A DNA stretch of 64,000 nucleotides from the NCBI GenBank assembly GCA_040954595.2, contig CM082577.2, positions 10,255,846-10,319,845 on the forward strand, read 5' to 3'. The position numbers and the translations under genes are program-made. Positions within the stretch are counted from its first letter, which is position 1. Each line of letters begins with the position of its first letter. This DNA is from Balanoglossus misakiensis. Lineage: Eukaryota; Animalia; Hemichordata. The notes below the pieces were generated by a model. That model saw only the letters and a list, made by a program, of their open reading frames with translations. It had not been told where the DNA came from and made no database searches. Of this stretch, positions 53,838-64,000 are shown piece by piece.

Positions 53838-56800
53838 ACTATAATCATTTCTGCTCAAGAAAGGCCAAAGAACTAGTCAGGGAATACTTCATGATGATGT
53901 TCTTTTGGTTTTTGATCATTTCAAGTACATGTATGGTCTTAAACAATTTAACTTCTCCAATGCTACAGAATTCTGAATTCCCTGTATATTTGTTCTAGGA
54001 CATCTGATCAGTGTGATCAGAAAAGTTTACTCCAACTCAGCATCTAACAACGTTTTAAGTATACACACACGTCAGAACATTTTCACAGAGTCCAGGCAAT
54101 TAACCGTTCATATTGATATCATGTTTTCTCCCCCCTCATAAGATTTGTCCTTGGCTGGGTGACCTATCTATTTCTGGCAAACCCTTCTGCGGCTAAAAAT
54201 ACACACGCGCCACCCCTGCTGCGAACCGCGATCGCTTTCTACCATTCACTTCACCCGACTCTGCGCCGGTTATTGATCGTAAGCGTAGTAACATCGCGCA
54301 TCCACATAGCGCTGCAGAATTAGCCGGGGGATAAAAAAAAATGCCACGACTGGTGATAATTAGTACGGCATTGTTGTCTTTCCCTCCGCGTCTTTTGTCC
54401 GGAACCATTCCCGGAGTCAATTCCGGGGCGCAGCGCAGCAATGGATCAATACGCAAGTTGTGTGTAACAGTGGGTGGCTTTTTGTGGACGCGAACCGACA
54501 CTATGCAAAAATCAATGCCGTTTTATCTACAACATGTCGGCATTTTATTTCAACTGCTGGGCGACTTCATGATGGGTTTATAGTAAAAAGACTAATAGGC
54601 ATGCAGACCAGGCTCGTGTCAAAACTGTCATTATCACTCGTCTAGTGATGTCAATGTGACGACGACTACGCAAATTGTGTCATTGAGTAGAAATAATGTG
54701 TTTACTTTTTCAGTGGGCTCAGATCCATTGCTAGAAAGAGATCTATCGATGACAAACATTCTAATACACTTGTATATATATTTGTAAATCTCAAGCAGGC
54801 AAATATGATAAAATTCATTTTCTAATCCAAATACAAGCAGAGATCGGGTTTTCAATCATTCAATTTTGTCAGTTGAAATTGTATAACGATAAATTATATT
54901 TCTACAAAAAAATATGGTCACAAATGTCAAATTAGTAAAAAAAAATTAAAAGTTGAGACAAGTTAGAAATTCCCTGCTGAATTTCTGTGACTTACAAAAC
55001 TAAAAGTAGTCCTATTTCTGTGGTTTGTTTAACAGCCGATCAAATGTAAACAAACAGCATCGATTGTAAAGTGGGCCACAGCCATTCACAGCTGGTGTCA
55101 CCATATTATGATGTGTATACATATTTTTCCCTTTTGTGTGTGTTCAGCGATAGCAAAAACCCCTATCGCTGTCACTCGCGATCCATCACTCTCGTTGTGT
55201 GGAGTGCGACAACAGGGAGTGGTGGACTCCCATTGTCAACCGATCTCTCTCCCACTCCCAGTCCACTTGCCCAAGTGCGTAGAATCAACAGTATCCATTC
55301 AGCTGGGAGGGGAGAAGTCGCCTATTTTTCTCATCCATCACTTTTAAAACATCTTGATGTCGCGCTAAGAGCGGGTGATTTTTTTCAACGTCCCGAGGAA
55401 ATCATATTGGTATTCTATACCGCGTCATGTCTAAGCTTTCCAGTTTTCCGCCCACACTGTCATTTCCGATGTTCCATACCTGTCTGTACACATACCAGAT
55501 CACCACAAGCATCTACAATCTCCAACCATCGAATCTAATTTTCAGAACTAATAATAAGTCTCTGAAGTTATTTTGTGCTCTATATCAACAATGATATCCC
55601 CCAGTAGAGCTCTTGCTAGAAATATGATATATGTGTTTACACTATGAAAATTATTCATTGTCATAAATTATCTGGACCACAGTTATTCAAATGAGTGCAT
55701 ATCACTGTTCCACCAGTGATAAATTTCAACAAAAATACTTTCGGCCAAAACGCATTAACGACCATGCTGATTTTTGCTCTATTTTTACCAAGAAATAAAA
55801 AAAGAAACCCTAACTGGAGAATGTGATACTGCACACACATATATTTATAGGGGTAGATCAGAAAGGGTGATTTTTCGTATGTCTTATGGAAGGTTGGGTA
55901 GCCAGTAGAAGTCATTTTAAGAACCACAAGTCAACTGTTTTTACTAAGAGAAAACTGAATTTGTAGGGCTTTAAAATTGTCCATTCTTGGAAAGTGTGCC
56001 AAGTCTAGCTTTGCACCACATGACCAGGTATGACAGAGGACTGGTGCTGTTCAAACTTGAAAGACTAATTGAAAACAAAGCATAACAGTGCAAAAACCTT
56101 TTTTCTCAGACCCTCTGGTAGGTCCCCCTACAATAAGTCATTCAGGATCGTTACATAATACAGCCTATGTGTACTTCTTTATTTTTCAACAAAAGGACTG
56201 CTAAATATAGCTTTCACATGGCCAGACAAGAATTCGTGGTGGGCATTTCCAGGTAAAAAAGCATTATGCGATTGCAAATGCACTTTAGAACCAAAAATTC
56301 ACAACCAAAAGATCGACAGAAAATTTCAAGAAAGTTGACAACGTCTGCAAAAGACTCAGTTCTGGTGATTCAATTCAATCTGCAATTCACCTGACTGGGC
56401 CCTTGCCACGGAAAAAAGTTTCAATTCTCATCTGACCTTGCGGATGGTAATTTTCACGAATGTAAACACGGTCTGTGATCTGCAAAGGGCTGTCGGTGTT
56501 CTCTCTATTTGTCCACACAACTCCCAGGACTACTCACTGAATCTTATCGAGTTACTGTCGTAACAGTGCATATTCATGAAATGCATGATTGCCCGCTCTT
56601 GAAAGCTGCAGACTCGACAAAGTGTCAACACGCAAGAAAAAGACGACACACCTGATCCGAGCTTTAGAGACAAGTGGACTTTGCACAGTAACTAAAATGC
56701 CTACATTGTGTAGCTGGGTTTTACTGTTTGGTCCACAATTTGTTTTCTCTCATTCTGTATGGACTGATCAAAGCAAACCTCTTTAATACCAGACAGAACA

Positions 56801-59102
56801 TTTTACTTTAACTGAGACCATGGAGTAAACTGAACATTGCCTATTCCAAAGTTTAAGAATAACTGAGTCACTACACACCGTTACAATGGCAAAACAAAAC
56901 AAATGTGCAAGAGCGACATCAGAAATATTTCACGCATTCAAATGCAGTTCCACTGAATTTCCAAAATGCCTGGGCTTTCAGAAATACCTCTGCATTACAG
57001 TCGTTCCTATGCCCCACCGGTATTGTTTAGTCTGGTGGGCAGGTGAGGTTCGTATTAAAGATCTCGTTTGCCGACTTGCGTTGGATTTAGCAATGACACG
57101 GGTCAAATGTGAACACTCTCCCCCCAACTGTAAAGAGAGGTCCCAGGTCCCAGCAGTTGTAATTGGTGTACCTGAGTGTGAAATCGTCTGTGAAAGTATG
57201 TCCACCGGATGAAACGATACAGTGGTTAAAATACCACTGCATTGTTAAACTCCACCTAATGCCTTATGACCCCGTGACCTGTGCATAGGTACATGTAACT
57301 GCCAGACCTGGCTGAGAACGTACGTCACATAAACATAAATCTAGGACACTTTTTGTCAAAATCAGTCCATTCCTGAAACTTTCATCCACTTCAGCTGGAA
57401 AACTGAGGCGGAAATTACGACCGACCGACAAAATGTTGACAAATTCGAGATTTGTTATGGAATCGGAGGGAAAAGTTGCAAATATCACCAGCAGAGGAGA
57501 TATTTTTTTTACTGCCTGTGACAAGGGGGTGACATACCCACGGCATAAGCTAATGTAAATACAAGTAAAATCCATAAACAAATATTGCACAGACGCTGAT
57601 ATTGACTATTATACTGACTGCGCAATGTACATGTAGTGACACACATACGTGCCGAGAAAACCATCGTGCTTCATGATAAAGCGAAAATTACCAGACAAAA
57701 CATACATAAACAAGATCCCCATTTCTTAAAACATCATTCGGTCATTTTTGTTACGAGCGAGTTGATGCTACTGCTCAGTTGACAAAACATGCCAAATAAT
57801 TACCGGTAGTATGCAAAATTAAGGAATCAGACATTTCAAAAAGGAATATATGGTACCAAACCAGCTAACCTCTCCAGTTATCATAAAAAACTACCTATGA
57901 CAATAACAATCATCTGCCCATCAACGATATCCATTTCCCTGGGTGTTTGTCATCAGCCATTTTACTTTATCTCAAGAGAACACGACTTGCTCATTACATG
58001 AAAACACATTGCTATAATAACCATTGTCTGGAACGCACGTGTGGCATTTGGTGTAATCTACTGTAGAAGCAATTTTCTGTAATATGTCTTCTGTCTTCAG
58101 ATTTCCTATCTATGGTTTTGTGTACTCTATTCCACAACCAGACAAAATAATCTTATTATTTAACTGCAACTTCTCATAGGCACCTCCTCCAGGGTGATTG
58201 TACCATCTTGCACAATTGAAAGTTTTGCGAAAAATTAAATTTTAGCAAGGTTTCAAAACCAAATTTTTTTTCAAGTTTGTTTATTTTTATGAGCAAAACC
58301 ATATGCAATTATTTTGCTTAATTTCAAGAAATGTGACAACATCAATATTAATTTCATAACCAAATTTAATTTTTCAGGAACTTTACAAATTCCAATACAT
58401 GTACATGTACTTATGTACATTATACTTCCAAACAAACTCTTTGGGAAATTAAATTAATTTTTTGCATATTTTTTTTCAAATGTACACAAAAGTCTAAACT
58501 TCAACATTCTAGTCACGCTCGCACAACGTAATACCGTTGGTTCAATTTATGAGAAGCCCACAATTGTCTTTGAGTTTTCTCAGCCAAAACTAGCTAAACA
58601 GCTCCCCGTCCAAAGTATACACACATCTGAAAACAAAAAACACAGCAAAATCCACGTCTACAAATGGCTCCGTTGTTCGTCGCCGTATACAATTCCACCG
58701 CTTCCAGTTCAAAGTATACCAATAAATAACACTGTCGGATAAACAACATGCCTGCCTGTTTATTGCCAATTACCCTTGAAATGACCGGACAAAACCCACT
58801 GAAAACAATTTCTCAGTGTCTGAAGGAGCTGGGGGTCACCTGAGGTCACGTCATTTCGAGTGAACCTGGGCTACAAGACCCCAGTTTTCTTTAATTTTTT
58901 TTTTAAGTTACCGCTACCACTTGAAACAAGGTACCATATCGGACTATAAAAACAACATTTCCCATTGAACAACAAAAATTATCACACTTTGCCTTACAGC
59001 TTGTTGTGTTGCTGTCATTTTGGAATCTTAATAAACTATTACCTTACCTACAGTGCAGCTTAGGAATAGCTTTCCAACTGCACCAACACTGGGTCAGCTC
59101 CA

Positions 59103-59187
59103 TTTAAACACTGCGTCAACTCTGTTTAAACGCTGCGTCAACTCTGTTTAAACGCTGCGTCAACTCTGTTTAAACGCCTTTAAACGC
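59103..59187. repeat. Subterminal 22-bp tandem repeat (TTTAAACGCTGCGTCAACTCTG) x3 plus partial
   Basis: Direct repeat read in the sequence; the related AAACACTGCGTCAAC recurs near 60742. Confidence 0.9.
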
Positions 59188-60683
59188 ACAGGTCAGCATC
59201 CTATTGACGCTCTAATGGTAGGCCATTAGCACCTAATAGGCTTGCGTTTAACTGGGGTGTGTCAAAACAATAGGGTGCGTCAAGAATGTAAAAATTGACC
59301 CATAAAATGATCAATTACTCTTAGTTCGTCCACCCACTATTTTTCTGATAATTAATTATTTTACAACCCCTAAAATTTCGCCTATTGCTAAACGCATAAG
59401 CCCCCTCAAACAGCCATGAATGAATGACCCTTGTCTGACCTCAAATCAGGCGTGAATAGTTAATTAAGGAAAGGGGTCATTTTGTAACAGGGGGGTGGCT
59501 GAAAATTGAGGGGATACAAGTGGCAGTTTCTAATGAGCTTGCGTGTAAAATTACCCCTCTGAAAAGAGCGATGTTTAGCACCTTGCTTAGTCAACTGTCA
59601 ATGTGCCTTGTTGCTGATGGTCAATAGTAAAATGTGGTGCCCCAAAACCTACAGGCAAAACCTTGAGGTAGTCGGAACTTACTGCAGCTGGGGCTCTGCT
59701 GAAAAAATTGAGACGCCCAGTGGAAGTGATAGTGAAACTTGTAGCAAAGTTCATGGCGATAATTGCTAGGCAACTAGGTCTTGCCATTGTCTGGCTAAAA
59801 ATACATCCCTGTGCGTGAATAAATTAAAAACGTCTTTGTCCCAAGGGACCAACTCAAAGCGTGTTCCCACCCACATCCTGGTATGCTTTTACTACGTAGT
59901 ATATTCCCACTGGTTTCAAAGCTGTAAGCGGTACCATAGTAGCGCTTATACTTATAGGATGACTCTGCAAAAACTGGAAAAGTGTGGATTTTCTCGGATC
60001 TTCCATTCATTTGATGTGGAACAACAAATGGGACAAGTTGGCGAAATGTGTTGTTGATTTTCAATCGCACCATGAAGCCTATTTGAACCTAATTTGCATA
60101 AATGTCGGAGGGGTCGTTCTGGCACTTTGACTCATTTTTACCCCATTGTTTCGTCTTTTTGTAAAGAATAATTATTTTTTCCTGGTGGAATCGAAGGATT
60201 GATTACCGTACATCCTTTAATACTGTTTAAAACAACTGTCTTTGTTGGCTGTTTTTACTTTTTCATGCCAGTTAGTTGTGTGTGTGTGTGATGTGTGTGG
60301 CAGAGAGTGTGTGTGTATTTACAAACGTACATGACTGCATGGCCATTCACTCATTTTGCCCTAGTGAAGGACATGTTGTGATTCCACAAGTCACAAGAGA
60401 ATTTTTAACCTGTACATGAAAAAAGAACACCACAAACTACTCATGCAACTAGAATTCTTGGTGTCACTGATTTCACACAGGGAGTCACCATTGTAATGAA
60501 CCTTTGATAGAAACAATATATAAGTTTATGTGCTGTGTTGACCTAACAAAAGCATTGAAACAATGTGTCAATTAATAGGGTGCGTGGGTGGCGTCAGTTA
60601 AATAATGTGCGTTAGGCGCTAACTGCAAACAATGCCAAGTGGGTGAGCTGTTTCACACCTTTGTAACACTGTTGCAACACACA

Positions 60684-60725
60684 AGTTAACGCACAAGTTA
60701 ACGCAGGTTAACGCTCAGGTTAACA
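60684..60725. repeat. Subterminal GTTAAC(GC) repeats x4
   Basis: AAGTTAACGCAC AAGTTAACGCAG GTTAACGCTCAG GTTAAC. Confidence 0.8.
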
Positions 60726-63700
60726 AATGCTGACCCATTAAAAACACTGCGTCAACAAGTTGTTAGCAAATTGGAAAGCTATTCCTAAGCTGCACTGTAA
60801 TGTTGTACATCACATTTTTTATAGAGCTACATTTTCATTTTTTAGGACAAGATTGAAAGGATGCCATCGAATATCTACTTCGATTCTGATTGGTCGGTTG
60901 CTGATCTTTTTCTCCACATTAACAAAACTGTATCCAAATCACTTCACATATTCAACCCGACAGGTTTTCATAATTGTTTGCTCAGCTCGCCGCTGGCACC
61001 AATCGCCAAATCAAAATCGAACTCAGCTACACGTACGTGCTTATCTTGCGTAACCTCGAAAATGGGTCAATTATGTTTTTCCCAAAAACCTGCAACTACC
61101 GACACGTGTAAAGTAGGGGGTACTTGGGACAATTGATAACCTATCAAGGTACATACAGCATCTGACCTGGTTATGGATGCATGCCAAATAGCTCGGGTCT
61201 GAGTATGAACAGGCTCAAATGATCCTAGTAGGTAACAACTTATATGTCTACGCACTGCAACGTGACTATAAACCCGCATTTTTCCTTACAAAGCAAAAAA
61301 CGGCACAGCCTTGAACCAGCAGTCCCCTTAACACGTCACTTCTCCATCCTCCTGCTTTTATCAAGAGACAATCAAGTTATTTTTTTCACACGTAGCCACC
61401 TGATCATTGCCTGAAAAATTAATGCCCGTTTTAAAAGCACTCTAATTTTCTGTGAACGCAGTCCACAAAGATGTAAATAAAACATGCTAAGTTAGCAGTT
61501 TAATCAAATTATTACGTTTCATGCTTGACTGACTTGATGGGCCAGCTGAGATCAGCTGGTAGGGAGAGAATTTTTAATTTAGAGACTTCTGATTCCTCGT
61601 ACTGTCACACAAAAATGCTCTCACGAGAGATGGGGACAAAAATAGTTCGCATGATGTTGGTGAAGTGTGAGTAATATAATGTGGCGAAATCTTATTCAGT
61701 TGGCTTTGAGTGGCTGACTCACGTTGCAGTTAGGGTTATACCACATTACTGAACGTGTAAGTTCGATTATCCTAACACAATAATCGATGCCATTGACGGG
61801 GGTAATTGCCGACCATAATGCCATCATCATCTTTCCGTTTTCCGTAGAAAAAATATTCAATTTACTGCAGCTTTTTTTTTAATTTGCTGTCTATGACGAG
61901 CAGCGTTCTTTGTCGCGCGTCTAACTGTCGCGTATAACGATTGGTACAGTCTTCGGCGAAGTTGATTTGTTGGCGATTTCGTTAAAGAAATCCCCCAGAG
62001 TAATTCGCTTCAATCTGCGATGCATTATGACAAATTGGATCGGCCCAGCGTGTGGGTTCAATTTCAAGTTGGACGATGGGAAGTCTCCATTCAGCGGCGA
62101 TCGTTCTTCGCCTTTCGTCAAAGACGCAGATACACGCTGTAAGTAGTAATCTGCGTCAGCGATTAGCGGGGACTATAGTCGTCCGATGAATCGACGACAC
62201 GCACACGCACATGCATCACTGCCTTGCTATTGGCCGTACGCCTCTCGCGTACGTACGCATAATCCCCGGCTAATGAATTCTTACTTTTGATTACTTTACG
62301 GCGCTGTTAATCGCTAAAGCAGCTGGGGGTTGGGTGGGGGGTTACACGGTTTATTTCGAGAGACAAGCCTCGAATTTCAGCACTTCAACACAAGGGGCAA
62401 ATACCGCTAAGAGCGTATCTGCGAATTTGGCCCAGCACAAAGTGACACGTGACCTCCCATTACGACAGTTGAAACACAACCCGAGTAATGTTGAAATTGA
62501 AATTTGTCGGGGAATATTCCTGGCATGTGTATGAAATAGAAATTAATGAACTGCTGAGGCCACACAGGGAGTCCATCAACCCCGCTGACTTTCACAAAAT
62601 ACTTCATAAAATGACATTGCCCTGCTACATCTCTAACAGGCTCAGTTGGCACATGTCGCTGCCTGGCGTACGACAGCTGTGAAGGCATTTTGAAAATCCA
62701 AATAGAGCAATATATAATATGATGCCAAAATATGTTACGTCATTGTCCACAGAGGGTCAACAGAAAAAATGTATGTGATTGAATACTAAGTTACATGTAT
62801 CAAGATGAAAGCGTTATTTTCAAGTGATCATGTTAAAATTTTGAGAGAACAAATTTGGAAATTTTGAATTCAGCAAAGGTCCCTGCACTGAGCAATGGTG
62901 AAGTGCGTTTGAAATGGTCACAACTTCATTCGAACATGAGTCAGCGAATTAATGTTTTTTACGTACATGGCAGAAAAAGATATCAGACAAAACCGTGATC
63001 TTTCACTCATTTGTTTTCTGATAGTTATCATGCCATAATGAGAGAAACACCCAACGGCTTATCTAAAGCCAAACTCATCAGGATAACTTAGTTGTTACCA
63101 ACGGTGTGACCTTCAGGCCGGCCGTCCCTTGTGCTATCCTCGCTCACAGCCTACAATGTACAACAACTGACAGAACCTGATACACTAAGAGAAATGCGGT
63201 GAATGATCATATTCACAGAGAAACAGTTGTCACTGATTTCACGAAGTGTGACACAGCCCGGCCATTGTACCGGTCTGACAGGGTCCCTATTTTGGTCAGA
63301 CAGAAAGAAAGTATACAAAAAAAAGAAACAAAAACGGTGCATGCCGTAACGCCAACGCAGTGTGAAACTGCTGACAGCGAGCAGGTACAAAACATCAACG
63401 ATCACAGCTGTGAACTGGGGGGCAAAGTCCCGGCTTAAGCTGTGCAAGGCACGACGCGACCGAAAAATGCGGCACGACCACGGGCAGAGGGATGAGTGAC
63501 AGGCAGACACTTCATGTAACACGAAACATCAAGTGCACCAGAGGAGTTATCGGTCAAGTTTATTGGAGATACACGAGAGCCCTTTAAACATGATGAGCTC
63601 ATTATAAACAGGTAATGGTTTAATACGGACCACGCCATAAACGACTTTAGACCTCCACGCCAAAGCATAATTCATAAAATGTCAAAGATGGCTGCTTATG

Positions 63701-64000
63701 GGATCTAAGGAATCACGGTGCGATACAATACTACCAGACGTACTGCAATTACCCCTCGTTAAACAAGCAGTCCATTTCCGCAAGAAATCGTTTGTTAGTG
63801 TTTGTGAATTCACTCGAGCGCTATAAATCAGATTAAAATGTAACGCATCACCTGATCGCATAAAATATTCAGCAATCATGTGACTGAGGGCATTTTGTAT
63901 GTGCAAATATTTCTGGGCTCGTGTGACCAAGGTCGAGCTACAGAAAAAAAACACTCATTTGACCCATTAAAAACATTCACTTTGACAGTATTCTCATGGC

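Larger units (their letters stand above)
59051..60797. mobile_element. 1.75-kb TA-flanked TIR DNA transposon, non-autonomous (CAGTG ends, Tc1/mariner-like)
   Basis: Perfect 27-bp TIR CAGTGCAGCTTAGGAATAGCTTTCCAA at 59051-59077 and 60771-60797, TA on both sides, subterminal repeats, no intact transposase ORF. Confidence 0.85.

Noticed and set aside
59041-59056. TAG|GTAAG recursive-splice-like site on the minus strand at the transposon end
   Set aside because: No polypyrimidine tract; a by-product of the TIR junction.
59103-59187. CRISPR-like regular repeats (also 35077-35242)
   Set aside because: Head-to-tail tandem units with no unique spacers, no cas genes, and a eukaryotic context.
59900-60015. 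Superficial resemblance to a methyltransferase C-terminal segment (HW...LQKLE..GF.RIFHS)
   Set aside because: Too short and no upstream SAM-binding motifs; cannot be distinguished from chance without a search.
63960-63975. 16-bp match TGACCCATTAAAAACA to the right end of the 59-60.8-kb element
   Set aside because: Too short and at the window edge; no TIR visible.
1-64000. tRNA/rRNA genes, autonomous transposase or reverse transcriptase ORFs, Caskin SAM-domain exons
   Set aside because: None recognised by eye; short or diverged examples could have been missed.

Overview
Eukaryotic, AT-rich animal genomic DNA; the repeat content suggests a marine invertebrate, probably a deuterostome (inference). 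The window is dominated by one minus-strand gene, a Caskin orthologue (ankyrin repeats plus atypical SH3). Seven phase-consistent GT-AG coding exons lie between 13842 and 38112; the start exon and the SAM/C-terminal exons were not found. Almost all ORFs in the supplied track are non-coding noise. The non-coding sequence carries several non-autonomous DNA transposon types: piggyBac-like, TA-flanked Tc1/pogo-like, Kolobok-like, PIF/Harbinger-like, two long-TIR foldbacks with 9-bp TSDs (AcademH-like), and a 1.75-kb TA-CAGT element. The most interesting signal is a window-wide family of 8-bp palindromes TA-C-N-N'-G-TA (TACATGTA by far the commonest, plus TACCGGTA and TACTAGTA, sometimes stacked). 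In two places TACATGTA is demonstrably an insertion at a TA, and the motifs match the excision footprints expected from TA-targeting elements present in the window. The (TACATG)n 'microsatellite' may therefore be a record of repeated transposon insertion and excision. All counts and alignments were done by eye.
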